A DNA stretch of 64,000 bases from Harriotta raleighana (GCA_050575255.1 JBNZDD010013634.1:1882494-1946493); one strand, 5' to 3'; numbered from the stretch's first letter, positions 1 to 12,571 are shown. Notes: a model not told the origin generated them from the sequence alone. Translations and numbers: made by a program.

Positions 1-397
1 GAACAGAGAAGATTGAGGGGAGACCTAATAGAGGTTTATAAGATCATGAGGGGTTTCGACAGGGCAAATAGAGAAAAACTATTTCCACTCGTGGGCGAAT
101 CTGTGACCCATGGTCACAGATTTAAAATAGTTTCAAAGCGAAGTAGAGGGGAGCTGAGGAGAAATTTTTTCACTCAGCGAGTTGTTCGAATCTGGAATGC
201 ATTGCCTGAAAAGGTGGTGGAGGCTGATTCGATAACAACTTTTAAAAGGGAATTAGATCTTTATTTAGGGAGAACAGGTCTATTAGGCTATGGGGAGCGA
301 GCAGGGCAGTGGGATTAAATCGCTCTTTTCAAAGAGCCGGCACAGACTAGATGGGCCGAATGGCCTCCTTTTGTGCCGTAAAATTCTATGAATCTAT
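1..397 (+). mobile_element. CR1 LINE 3' fragment (ORF2 C-terminus plus 3' UTR) in the last RPL27A intron
   Basis: ORF 13-318 reads RGDLIEVYKIMRG...GHRFK...RRNFFTQRVVRIWNALPEKVVEA...FKRELD, the typical CR1 ORF2 C-terminus. It is followed by GGGCCGAATGGCCT and a TTCTATGA-type terminal repeat. Confidence 0.9.
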
Positions 398-429
398 TAC
401 AAATCTTATTTGCTGTTTCACCTTCCTAG

Positions 430-558
<129 letters not shown>

Positions 559-581
559 ACTCTTTGGACTCTGGGTGCAAA

Positions 582-587
582 AATAAA
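582..587 (+). terminator. RPL27A: RPL27A polyadenylation signal AATAAA
   Basis: AATAAA begins 24 nt after the stop codon; a short 3' UTR is typical of ribosomal protein mRNAs. Confidence 0.8.
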
Positions 588-943
588 ACATAGCGTCACT
601 TTTCAATGTCTCATAAGCTTCATTTATCAAATATGAAAGATGGGGGGAATTCAACAAAGTGTGCCACTGTAATAGGTTTAGGCTCACCTCAGTGCTGAAC
701 TGGCAATCATCTTTGGTAATGAAATTGTAGGAAATCATTGCAGTAATGTTTAATGTTTGAGACATTAAACGACTCCCATCATGAATGGCTAACCTCCAGG
801 TGGCACTGTATATCTTGATGAGAAAAGGCTTGTTTAAAAATCTTAAAACCTGTGATTAATACCTAATTACATCTTGAAACAAAGAATCCTGCAATTTTTG
901 ATTATATTCCTAAAAGATGTAAAACCATTACCCAATGTGTTTT

Positions 944-949
944 TTTATT
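944..949 (-). terminator. DENND2B: Candidate DENND2B polyadenylation signal (3' UTR about 920-1795)
   Basis: TTTATT on + reads AATAAA on -, about 850 nt downstream of the DENND2B stop. Confidence 0.5.
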
Positions 950-1795
950 TTTTTCAAAAGAAGCAGTACATAAAAAATGTGTTGAGCCTTGCCCAATGAT
1001 GCTGTGAGTGGCAGAGTTTGAAGATTCTACACAGCTCTTGCTACCCTTCAGTTACAGCAGTGCATAACATACATGAAGGAGTTTGTGACTTATTCACCAC
1101 CCTCTTCCATGACAGCCTATGTAGTTTGAAGCCCCTCCCTCCCTCTAAAAAAGTACCACATATTTTCAGTGTAAATTTATCACATTTGTTTGTATACAGA
1201 AAGAAAAATGAACAATACAATCAGAACTCTTAGCTAGATAGGAAGAGTGGAACTGATACTTCATTGTTTTCCATACAGTGCAGGATAGGGCTATTTCTGT
1301 CAGACAGGCCACATTCATTCTCTTAATCACATCGCCAACCACTTGGATTCATTGTCAATGGCACCTTTTCACATCAGTGTGGCTTTTCTCTTATATACAC
1401 ACACACTGAAGTCCTCTGCACATGTCTCTTTGTATCATTCATACTCCTGTTAAGTGTCTCGAGCATCACAAGAACCTGTTGCAATCTGTTTGCAGATATT
1501 CAGCGGAATGACTTCTAAATCGGGTCAATAAAATACCCAAGTATTGCAATAAAATGGGTAGGAATATATTTACAATATACAATCCGATATGCACTGAAGA
1601 TGACCCAAGTTTTAAGTGTACTTTTTGCAGCCTCAGATTCATCTGATACCATTATATTCAGCCTTTAGGCGAAGAGCAGGAAGAAACCACAGTATTGATC
1701 CACTGCCTGAAACGTCAAGGATTTACAATGTTCTTGTGCAAGGTTCAGCAGCTTTTCTCACCACAACAAACCCCTGCAAGACAGTTTGAACACAA

Positions 1796-1830
1796 CTAAC
1801 TCTTCTTGTGAAGGAATTTCATTTTGTTTC
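1796..1830 (-). CDS. DENND2B: DENND2B terminal coding exon (GNKMKFLHKKS*)
   Basis: Acceptor AG at 1832-1831 and TAG at 1798-1796; phase matches the previous exon. Confidence 0.92.
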
Positions 1831-1987
1831 CTACAAGAGAAATGGAAAAAGTCCAGATTAGTTCAATTCTAGAAGATTCATCACTGGAGACAAATACAGA
1901 GTATCAAATGTGCTAAGTAGTGCTAACTACGTCAGTGCAATGAAATAAATGCAAAAGTATTCTATTACAACATCCCTTTAGTGGTAA

Positions 1988-2670
1988 TGTTAGGGAAAAA
2001 TGATTTTTAAGACATTTGTATTCCTTATTAGTATAATAGGCTCATGGGGAACACCTGGGCACTCTTGTAAAAAGAACAAGAGGGAGTAAAAAGGGCAGAC
2101 AACTGTTAAAAAGAGTTATGAATGGTAGCCTGTTAAAAAGTGATATAGGTTGCCAGGAAAGGGAGACGAGGGCCCCTCAAGGTAGAATACCATGTGGGAG
2201 GATAACAGGATGAGCAAGGCCTGCAAGGGCAACCGATAACGAAGCTAGAGAAAACATCGTTAGCAGCAACTGACATAACTTGCTGACCAAGTACAAGGGA
2301 GAACTAAGGATCGCAATAGATAAGAGTTTTGACCGGCCGGAGACATTGGGGACTGGCCAGTAAAACATTAAACAGGTGGGGAAAAAAGTGCTGGCTCGGC
2401 AATGTTCTTTGTTTGACTGAATACGTAATGTATGTACGTACATTGGTTAAGGATGGATGAAACGTTATTTTTCCTGCACCAGCAGACAATGTATAAATTG
2501 TAGCCACTCGTTGAGCTCGGGGTCTGAGTCTGACTAGAGACCTGACCCTATCTGTATGTGAGTTTACCTTGACTTGCTTACTTATAGTCCAAAATAATAA
2601 TAAATCTTACTTATTCAAACTCTTGGTATTTTCTGGGTTTCGTTGCATGCTTTGTTTCCAATTCCACATA
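1988..2670 (+). mobile_element. Candidate solo LTR (ERV or LTR retrotransposon) in the last DENND2B intron
   Basis: Starts TG. Contains ATTGG 2442-2446, TATAAA 2492-2497, a hairpin at about 2520-2548 and AATAAA 2599-2604, and ends ...TTCCACATA. Flanked by GGTAA/GGTAT, a putative target-site duplication. Confidence 0.6.
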
Positions 2671-3163
2671 GGTATTCGCAATTTACCTAAAAGTGTCTCA
2701 CTGGGGATTCCTGTTGTGACGTGCGGACATGTCTTTGTTGGAAAATGGACATTGTAATTGTTTATAAACTAATACTTTGTTCCCACCCGTCTCTTCATAC
2801 CACTACGTATTTACTAGTCATGAGGTCAGATGACTGTTCTCAAGGCTCATATAAAGATGTTTGCTGAGTGTCCCTTTTTATTTTCTCTGACTTTGGAAGC
2901 CTGTCTGCCTCATCACCAGACCTCAGCAGGGACTAATCATGGAAATAAATGCTACCGCATATCTAGAAAGTGCATCCTGTTAAAAGTCGTCCCATCTGTT
3001 CTCAAATAATTCCCAAACTTATATGGAAATAATACAAAAGGCAGCAAAATATAATGCTTGAAAGGAATCCAGGCAATCTGGCTTTAAAGACATCTTCCCT
3101 TCCTCTCCCTGGCAACCGCGTTAAGAGGATCTCTGATCACTTCTTGGGTAAGAATGCACTCAC

Positions 3164-3250
3164 CAAGACCTTTAAGGAATTTATTGACTCCGCTCTGTTC
3201 TGTATCCGGCAGCTCCTCCAAGTACTGCTCAACCCTCTGCTCAAACAAAC
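3164..3250 (-). CDS. DENND2B: DENND2B exon (GLFEQRVEQYLEELPDTEQSGVNKFLKGL)
   Basis: AG/GT boundaries, 87 nt, phase 1-1, ST5 C-terminal sequence. Confidence 0.95.
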
Positions 3251-3509
3251 CTAAGGAGAAGCAGAAACCTGGTGAGAAATACAAGTCACAGCTCTGCTGT
3301 GAACTCCCAATGCCAAACTTTCTGTTAAACTGAATACTTCTGTGTCCCAAGGAACTGGCTTTGAAAAGCCCTTGAATCATCACCTGGAATAGCAACAATG
3401 TGCATTTATATAACACCCTATTGTAGGGTAGTATATCAGCAATAAAGCAGTGAGTGCACAGGGACAAAGCTTTTTCTTCTGTCTGGTCAATATTAGCTTC
3501 CATCTCCTT

Positions 3510-3958
3510 ATGGTTCAGGTGTTTCAAGTGATAAAAGGATTTGATAAGAGAAATAGGAAATCTATTTCCTCTGGTGGGGGAAATCCAGCACAGGGGGTTA
3601 TAATAAAATTAGAGCATGGCGATTTAGGAGTGAAATTAGAAAGCATTTGTTCACACAACAACAACATCAATTTCAATGTATATAGCGCCCTCCACGCCGG
3701 ACGGCATCTCAGAGCACTTCAAAGGGAAGTGGAAATCTGGAACTCTGCCATCGGTTCCCCCTCCACAAAAAAAGGCTGTGGATGCTGGGTCAATTGAAAT
3801 TTTCAAGACTGAGGTTGAGAGTTTTGTTAGCTAAGGGTACCAAGGGATATAGAGCAAATGTGGGTAAATGGAGGTCAGGTACTGATCAGGCATAATCCAA
3901 TAGAATGATGGTATAGGCTCGAGGAGCAGAATGGCCTACTCCTGTTCCTATGTTCCTT
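3510..3958 (+). mobile_element. Degenerate CR1 LINE 3' fragment with a nested minus-strand SINE/L2 tail (about 3658-3720)
   Basis: QVFQVIKGFD...EIWNS remnants and a 3' end AATGGCCTACTCCTGTTCCTATGTTCC, interrupted by (CAA)n...TATATAGCGCCCT...CTCAGAGCACTT. Confidence 0.7.
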
Positions 3959-4319
3959 GTAGGTGTTCCAAATCATTTTATATTTCACAGGGTTACAACT
4001 TTGTTCACCTGTGAGTCATGACTGTAACCGATAGCATGGTATTTGACCACAAGGTGGCGTCATGGCTGAGCCTGATCCTGTTCTTCCCAGCACAACCATG
4101 GGAAGCAATGAGAGCTGGTTTAAGGTTCTAGTGAATAACGAATACTCAAGTATATCGTGAGAGAATCATAGAAGGATACAACATAGAAACAGCTCATCGA
4201 GTATTCCTCCACATGAGCCACCCAATCTGATCTACTCTCCTTATTCACTCCCTGCAACCTTTTTGATGACACAAGTCAGACGCACAAGGCCATACATACA
4301 CTGACTGTTTTAACCGTAC

Positions 4320-4559
4320 CTTTAGCTCTGCACTTCCGTAGTTCCCTGTCTTGTATGAACCCAGCAAACATCTGTGACTCCATGAAGACCTCGAGGAAGC
4401 GCCTGATGCTCTTGGAAGCTACTGACTTGCGGAAAGCTTCCCTTTGGAACATCCGCTCACTCCTCTCGTTTTGGGTCAGGAACAGGGAGTAGTGGCCAAT
4501 GGTTTCCACAAAGAAGCGAATGAAAGCTTCAGAGACCAGGTTATTCAGGGTGTTGGTCT
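4320..4559 (-). CDS. DENND2B: DENND2B exon, dDENN (ETNTLNNLVSEAFIRFFVETIGHYS...QDRELRKCRAK)
   Basis: AG/GT boundaries, 240 nt, phase 1-1; overlaps ORF 4276-4509. Confidence 0.96.
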
Positions 4560-5183
4560 CTGCACAAAATCAACAGAAAATTCAAGAAATCATTTAGGAA
4601 AACCTGCAAACATTTGAGTATAACAACACAGTTTATGGCATTTGTACAGCATTCCGGCCCATCCATCTCCTGCCCAGGAACATCTCTGGTTATTCAGAAA
4701 CCCTGGAACATACAGGGTTGACCTCTACCACCCGTTGTTGTAAAAGAGTTCCCGCATCTCGTGGATAATAATTTGAAATAATTCATGTAAAAATTCCTTG
4801 TATTCCCCAAAGCCATTTTACAGTGTATCTATTCTGTGAAGTGCTTTGAGATGTGATAAGGCGCTTTATAAAATGCAAGGATGGCAAATGGATGGATGTC
4901 ACACTGATCCTCATGATCTGAAATAATCCGAGGTGGAGTTCCGATGGGTTGATAGAAATTTTAAAAGGATTAAGGAAATAATATTCTTTTGTGATAAACT
5001 CAATGGGCTGTTTTTCCGCTCACCCTGAATTGCTGCATTTTGTTCCAGTGTGGAATCTCCATTCCATGTGCTCGCCCATGATTTAAACAAGCTCTGTCTC
5101 ATGTTGAAAGGAAGTCAAATTTTTGAGGGGTCGACGTTTTGTTAATGTGTTTGACAACAGAAGCATTCGAATAAATTGCTCAC

Positions 5184-5295
5184 CATCATCGGATTCACTG
5201 TCTGAATCCTGATTTGCCAACTCGTTCTTTTGCTCTAGAGCCTGCTCCAGAGCTGCCTGTAGTTTCCGTGGCAACAAGGAGTCCTCATCATCCAT
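5184..5295 (-). CDS. DENND2B: DENND2B exon (MDDEDSLLPRKLQAALEQALEQKNELANQDSDSESDD)
   Basis: AG/GT boundaries, 112 nt, phase 0-1. Confidence 0.95.
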
Positions 5296-5439
5296 CTAAA
5301 CAACCACACGATAAATATAATACACGTTCTGGACATTCAATCCTTTCCGCACACCCCTCAAATACACGGACAACTTGCATATAACTGCCTTGTGTTCCCC
5401 GAAAGAGGCCGTGGCCTCATGGAAAAGGACAGAGCTTCC

Positions 5440-5750
5440 ATCTGTACAGATCTATGACGTGATAATCCAAATTGTTCAGGCTATTTTGGGAGAGAAGGGG
5501 GCTACAATTGGCCTTAACAATCCCAGGTATACAGAGGAAAATCAGCCAGACTATTGCTCATGATTGCTCTCCAGACCCACTGTTGGAATGATGTGTGTGT
5601 GGGTGTGGGTGTATGTCAGATGAGGCTGCTTCTTGTGCATACACCACCAAGGGAAAGCCAACCTACCAGCGCTCACTGCCAACGTTCGCGCATGAATAAA
5701 GTCCGCGTCGGCCAGGTGCCAGACAGCGAATGACGTCCATGGACTAGGAA
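5440..5750 (+). mobile_element. Old SINE-like interspersed repeat (related copies near 40360-40660 -, 43570-43830 +, 45500-45830 -)
   Basis: Shared motifs across copies by eye: GGAAAATCAGCCAG, a (TG)n stretch, and CACTCACTG...CACATGAA. Confidence 0.45.
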
Positions 5751-5906
5751 CCCATTAGACATAAAAACAGTGAAGCCCTTTTCAGGAGCAGGAAAAATTG
5801 TTTCCAAAAAAGTAGAAAGGTCAAACGTCTTGCCAATATTTACCCGCTTGCATTCGGAGTGATGTACACTGTACACACGCAGCCGCCTCCGTGTTGAGGT
5901 TCTTAC

Positions 5907-5948
5907 CTGCCTCAGGAAGCGATCGGCTCCGAGATCGACCATCAGTGC
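5907..5948 (-). CDS. DENND2B: DENND2B exon (ALMVDLGADRFLRQ)
   Basis: AG/GT boundaries, 42 nt, phase 0-0. Confidence 0.93.
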
Positions 5949-6749
5949 CTGACAGGAGAGAATTGCACAGTAAAAATCACCAGGCGTTTCTGTACAACTC
6001 CCACACAGGGTTAAATACCTAAGTATTAAATACCTCGACTCTCTGCCAAGACCAGAGGCTGATTGATTGCCGCTTCTCGTCTTGGAATTCAGAATAAATG
6101 AGCCGTTAATTGTTCAGTGTCACAAGAGACTCGTGCAGGTGGAGTTGTGTAAAATGAGAGCAGGGAGCGGCAATGGGGCTTTTTTCCCCCCAAAAAAAAA
6201 TTGCAAGTCACAGAAATGTACGTACTGTCCATTTCAGTAAAGACTGTGCCCTGTTATCCATTGTGCTCTTGTTACTCCCAACTAATGGGTTCTCACTGAG
6301 CACTGCAGCAAGCCCATTGTTAATTGGTGTTTTAATCAAGCGTGTTAGCTGTGATCAGAATGTTTTTCACCGCTCACACGGGCTAGTTTGACTTAGTCGA
6401 CTATATGATACAGCATAAATGTACATTTGTAACAATGTTTAAAAGGTGCTGGCTAAAGGATATCCAACAACAACAATTTAGATTTATAGAAGCGCTCATC
6501 ACATTGGGAGGATGTCTCATTGAGTTTCATAGATGCATATAAAAGAGCACAAAGAAAGAACAGAGATTGGAGTCGATTGTTGGGTAGAGGAGCCTGCACT
6601 GGGATAAGCTCAATGAGACAAACTGCACTTTTGGCACATTGCTGAAGAGGAAGCTGAGTTGAGGATGGCATTGTTTCTGACATGAGGATTGTGGAGTTAT
6701 GGAGGGATGGAGAAAGTCCACCTCTTTACTATGGGAAAGCCTCTCTTAC

Positions 6750-6927
6750 CTCTTCCACAGGAAGCTCTTTGAGTTTGGGCAGCGAGCTGGAGAGCAGGCC
6801 CACGAGGAAAGGCGTGGGGCAGCAGACAATGTCGATCATGGAGGAGGGCAGCACTGGAATGAAGGTGTGCTGCCAGGAGAAGGGGTACAGCAATGCCACC
6901 ACAGCATGGGCACAGCTGGACAAAGTG
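6750..6927 (-). CDS. DENND2B: DENND2B exon, cDENN (STLSSCAHAVVALLYPFSWQHTFIPVLP...LKELPVEE)
   Basis: AG/GT boundaries, 178 nt, phase 2-0; carries the DENN motif LLYPFxWQHxFIPVLP. Confidence 0.97.
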
Positions 6928-8361
6928 CTGCGTGGGAAAACACATGACAACGGTACACAATTAATCCCATTGTTGAGTACAGTTGGGTCTTAAAATGACA
7001 TCTAATGCGGCCACTTAACCATTCTTTGTGAAGCATCCTTTATCAATGGATACCACAGCATCTAATAGGCAATATTCCTCCACCTGCCACTTGAATGAAA
7101 CGTGCAGTTCAAATCCAAGACTTGACTAGGCTCAGTGCCCAAGCAAGCATGTATGTCCAGTAACTGAGCGTCACCAGTCCAGTCCATAAGCAGAAAAGGG
7201 AAATTAACCAGAAAAACGTCCTCTAGAATCTCTGCTTCGGTTAATATGGCTTTGATCCTGGAATGCCCTTTTTGTCCATGGAGCACAGAAAGGTGCCAAT
7301 GCATTAAAGCAAAGTAAAATCCAGAAGCCAACATTGCCCAAAAGAAATGGTACAATCTGTGTATACTTTCCAAGATAATTTCTATTGTTAAAAACTCTGA
7401 AGGAAAACCAACCAAAGCATTTTAATGAATGTTCCTGAAATAACAAACACTCGCATGGAGGTCTGGCCAGTTGTCGGGCTGGAAATCTGAAAGTGTTTTA
7501 CTCCAATCATGAAGGATGTGTCTGAGAGCTTCATTTTACTTGTCACCAATGATCAGGCTGCATAGTGAGGATCAAATCCTTCCAGAGCCTTTGTTTTTAA
7601 GAATTAAATTTGCAGCCAAAATAATCATATGCTTGTAATTATAATGAAAGCAGACCCTAACCACTGAAATTAAATTCTTTTGAAATGAGAGAATGAAGGA
7701 ACCTGAAGAGCACTTTCAACTTAAGGTCACAACAGTTAGGATTCAGCACTGTAACTCTGGCCAGAAGTAAACTTGATTTACCCACACACCTAAACCCGCC
7801 TCTCCACTGCACATCCAGCAGGTGGTAGCATTCACTGGTCCCACAGCAGCTTTTCTGTAAACAGCAGTGGTTTGCGCAACTTTTCAATCTTGTAAATTTA
7901 CGATTTCTTGGTAAATTACTGAACCTTCCAGCACTCACTTAACACTTTAACAGGAATTAACCTCTGTTACAAGGGCTTATTTGGAGCTTTGGAGCTACAA
8001 ATGGTGTTTAAAAAGTGATCTGCGGTGAAAATATCATTATTGAGGGAACCTTTGAATGGTATGAATGATCTGAAGTATCAAAGCTATATTACAGCATTGT
8101 AAAAGGGGAATAATGTGTTAGAAAGCAATGTTTCTGTGTTTGTTGATGATGGAAGTTTGTTAAATTACAACTGGATACTATTGATCTGATGTCAGTGCTG
8201 TCATAAGAAGCTGAGCCCTGGGTATAAGCTCTCCTGGGTATAGGCTCTACTGTAGACCATGTTGGAATAAACGCTGGGCCCCTGTCAACCTTTTGCAGCA
8301 CAGCACTGATAGTTGCCATGTGCATTCCTTGCACAGCAATCATCACATGTTCAGTCCCATT

Positions 8362-8655
8362 GTGGAGTCCTGTGGCTCAGTGGTTGGAGCACTCGCCTTA
8401 CAAGTGTGCAACCTGTGTTCGAATCAAACCCTTCCTTACTCTACACGCCTAAAAATAATCAGTCAAAAAAAATTGGTCGTTTCAATCCACGACTGTTTGT
8501 GGGACACTACTGTACACAATTGGCTGCCACATTTCGCACAAATGGCTGCCATGTTTCGTTCACATATATACAAGTCAACTCATTTTACAATATATTCTGT
8601 GAAGCGCTTTGACACACTATATCAAATGCAAGAATTATTATTACTAGTAGTATTA
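8362..8655 (+). mobile_element. tRNA-derived SINE with L2-like tail
   Basis: A box TGGCTCAGTGG, B box GTTCGAATC, body GTGGGACACT..TGT.C.CAATTGGCTGCC, tail TATCAAATGCAAG(ATT)n. Confidence 0.85.
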
Positions 8656-9589
8656 TTGTGGGCCATCTAGAAGGTCCCTAAGTTAAATAAAGATAAAATA
8701 ACTAAATACAGTAATCCTACACTACTCCATCTCTCATGCCCCTCAATTTTATTTGTTGCCAAATAGCTATCTAATTCTCTCTTGAATTTGTTGACACAGT
8801 GTTTCCACCATTTCCCTAGAGTCAATTCCATATATTCACCGCACTCTGTGTTAAAGAATGAAATTTCAAGTGTCTGTTCACCTTCATTTTCTGAATAAGT
8901 CCAAACCTGCCTTGTTCTACATTTGGTAAATATATATTATGATTCAGTTTAACTATATTTGTGTTCTTAAGACATAATAACAAACAAATAAATAAATGAT
9001 CTTTGCTTTTGATATAGTCATTGATTATCACGTCATTGAGACATCACAAAGCGCTTCACAAAATTTATTGTAAAGTGAATCGACTGTGTATTTTGAATTT
9101 TCAGCACCTATACAAGAGTAATTTTGTTGTTGTGCGTGAAACATGGCAGCCAAGAACAGTCATGAATTGAGTGTCTTCAATAGCATATTTGTCAAGCCTT
9201 CCTCCAACTGAATTTTCCCAGTCTCTTCTCGTAACTCAGATGATCAGTTGCTCACCAATCTGGTTATCCTTTGTTATAGCCTCAATTGCAAGAACCTACA
9301 GGTTGTCCATGTTACTTGCCTGCACTGAGCACTGTACAGTCAGACCAAATTCTTGTTGGTGATAATCCAATGCACAGTATTTGATATTATATAATCAATT
9401 GACAACAAAACTGTGGTTTACCACAAGCAAAGCAGGATGCCATTGATCAAACATTGGGCCACCACAAACTACACGTTTGTGTGACAGAATGTCAGAGCTG
9501 TCCAAAACCTCAACCCAGGAAATAAAATCTTAAATGCTATACTTTGTCTATGAATTTAAAATGCTTGTCAGTTGGGCAAAACATACACA

Positions 9590-9911
9590 TAATATAATAA
9601 GAATCCTTGCATTTTTGATGTAGCATTTTTCACGTCTTCTAGACGTCTCAAAGCACTTCACAGAATATACTACAAAGTGAACTAACTGTATATTTGTGGG
9701 CGAAACGCGGCAGCCAATTGCGCATAGCTGTGTCCCATGAACAGTTATGGATTGAAATGACCAATTTATTCTAGGTTTTTTTGGAGGGATTATTATTAGG
9801 CGTGTGAAGTAAGGAAACTTGCTCAAGGTTTCGCCCTGAACTGTCTGGATTCGGAACACAGGTGTCACTCTAGTAAGGCGAGTGCTCTAACCACTGAGCT
9901 ACAGGACTCCA
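9590..9911 (-). mobile_element. tRNA-derived SINE (same family)
   Basis: Reverse complement of the 8362 copy: (AAT)n CCTTGCATTT...AACCACTGAGCTACAGGACTCCAC. Confidence 0.85.
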
Positions 9912-12352
9912 CATCTTGTAGACGTCAAGTATTTTTCAGTGTATCAAAGGGAGAAATGCTACCTGGGTCACAAGATGGAATTTGTACCTAGTTTTTAGTA
10001 AAAACTAAAATATGAAGTTGTAACAGGCGGGATTGCACAGTTGTTGACCTCCCTGACAGGCCTTGTTTCGTGATCTGATAACTTGCCTCACATAACAATC
10101 TACCCCACCACAAAGCTTCTGTAGCGATCGAGAACAAACGCCCTAGATGGATGACTCTCCGATGATCAATAAATTATAGACCTTGACTTGTCTTATTCTC
10201 TGCTGTCGGGTAAATTTACTGATGTTGCTGCTGTGAGATTAAGAAGCCAAATCATATAAAATCACATTCCCAAATTGGGTAAATAATCATTGTAAAATCA
10301 CCCTTTAGGTTTTCAAATTATAGTCCTAGGAAAGCTCTTATTTATTCACTATGGGAATGTATATGAGCATTTAAAAAAAATTAAACCTAGACCTCCATTA
10401 TAAACATTCCAATTTCAAAATTTATCTTGATTTACACAAATACTGACCATCAATTTTCTCTCATTACAAAACTCATGTTATTACCAAGATTATTACACAC
10501 AGACTTTCAGTATAAAAGACTTTTACTGAAAAGCTTGTACTGTATTAGCAAAGCACAAATCCTCACGATAAACCTTCATTGCAAAGTTTGTACTATGGGG
10601 CATCCTAAAAATCTGTTCAAAAGGTAAATAAATTTAGTGTGATTTACTGCTAATCTATAACTCCACCCCCCACCCACCCACACACAGAAACACACATATA
10701 CATTCTCAGCTGTAGCACTCATTATCTTTTCAATAACATGCTGAACAAAGAGGCATTCATTCAGACAAAGATTCTTTTTTTATTATTAATATCCAGTTTC
10801 CTTTCATTTGCCCTTTAAGCTTGGCAAATATATTTTCTTACTCAATTTTAACATTGTTAACAGCCTGCAGAATACAAAGTGAGATTTCCTTCATTGTGCA
10901 GTTTCAAGCTCAGCCCTGGTTCACCAGGCTTGGAGCAATCCAAGGTTGTATTTTGCGGCATTTTCATAAGGGGAAATAGCCCATTGCCAGACAGGTTTGA
11001 ACTACATTTAATTAAACAAACAGTACAGCATTCAATTGAAAATTCTATGGAAACTGACTATTTTTCTTAAGAAATCTGCTATTGGGATACTATGAATTGG
11101 AGAGATGCATAAAAAGGAACAACTTGCATGACAAGTTTTGGGGTAAGAGTGGGAGAGCGAAACTAGCTTGATAGCTCCTTCAAACAGTTGATACAGGAAC
11201 AATAAGAATCTTGTAAATCCCTGCACCTTCACGAACTATAAGATGAGACAATATCTACGGTAAAGGTAGCTGGAATGTGGGGTAGCAGGTGGTGTGGTGA
11301 GTTGGTAAACTGTCCCTTCCTCTCTGTAAAAGTTCCACAGTTTAAGGTTTTCAGTAATTGTGGGGTTGCAGCATGAAGCAGCCTGAATTAACTTCATTCA
11401 GAAAGACCACAGGTTGGCAGAAATTCCAGTCGAGCACCTTCAACAATTCCACAGAGGAAATCCCATCAGCAGCAGCCATCACCAAAGGTGCTAAGTGTAA
11501 CTCCGACCAGAATTTCAGTCCACTTTCAAGTGTTTTGGGAACACAGCAGTTACGGGAATTTTTCTATAGTTGGGCCACTACCCATTGTTCAGCTAAGTGG
11601 CTTAGCTGTTGGTCGTGTGATGTTTGCTATGTGATTATGTGACATTGACACTGAAATAATGGTTATCATCTTGTGGAGCACAAGAATGAATTTGAAACAA
11701 TGAGGAATGTTGTGGAAAGGGGAGATTCTGTTGGGAGCAGTTCATTGCTTACACAATTGGGTACTTCATGCTTAAAAACTGAACAGTACCACAGAGTCTT
11801 GTCTAGAACCTTTTTGATACCATAACCTGAACAGAAACACTTCATAATCATAATCTCTGAAGTAGGGCTCCCAAAGTGATTTCAATACTCTCACGTTGAA
11901 TTGGACACTAAATTCATTTGATTTTTAATAATAATCTATGTGAAGGTCAAAAATACATGGAACTGGGATCGCCGAGGTTAAAAGGAGCAGCAAAGAATTC
12001 TATTAGGATAGATGCATTAGGATGTACGCATGACGCACAAACCTTTTGAAATGAACAGATCCTGGAAAACATGTTGTAATGAGAATGAAACGTACTAATT
12101 CAATATTGTTGCAAGTCTATACTTCTCCCACATCCTCCAAACCCATTTGATTCATATAATACCAGAGATCAAATGCATTTCTACATGTTGATGCAAGTAG
12201 CTTCTGCACTTTGAGAGCCAAGCATAGCATCAGGAAAACAAAGATAGAGCTTCCAAAGACTTCATAAACATTCAAATCAATTTCATGGGGTTTTGGAGAT
12301 TTGCCAGTGGCTTTGTGGATCTGACCTTCTCAACCTGACCCAATGTATTCTC

Positions 12353-12571
12353 AAAACGCAAAATATAGCAGATGCTGGAAATCTGAAACAAAACAGAAAT
12401 CACTGGGAACTCTCCACAGGTCAGGCAGCATCTATGGAGAAAGTAAAAGTGAGTCAATGCTTCAGGTCCAATGTCGGGTTCTGATGAAGGGTCGTGGACC
12501 CGAAACGTTGACTCCCTTTTCCTTTCTCCACAGATGCTGCCTGATCTGCTGAGTGTTCCCAACGATTTCTG
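12353..12571. mobile_element. Palindromic Penelope-like element relic (inverted terminal repeat arms)
   Basis: Arm 12394-12470 is the imperfect reverse complement of 12495-12571 (CAGGCAGCATCTATGGAGAAAG / CTTTCTCCACAGATGCTGCCTG), with a hammerhead motif at the centre. Confidence 0.7.
12476..12514 (+). ncRNA. Minimal type I hammerhead ribozyme motif
   Basis: GGGTT-CTGATGA-A-GGGTC-GTG-GACCC-GAAA-CG-TT-GACTC: core CUGAUGA and GAAA, stem II GGGUC/GACCC, stem I GGGUU/GACUC, palindromic AACGUU in place of stem III. Confidence 0.6.

Noticed and set aside
1-429. Intronic snoRNA, since RPL27A introns host H/ACA snoRNAs in other vertebrates
   Set aside because: The visible intron is almost wholly CR1, and no hairpin-H-hairpin-ACA structure is evident.
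8362-8430. tRNA gene
   Set aside because: A and B boxes are present but run straight into a SINE body; no full cloverleaf.
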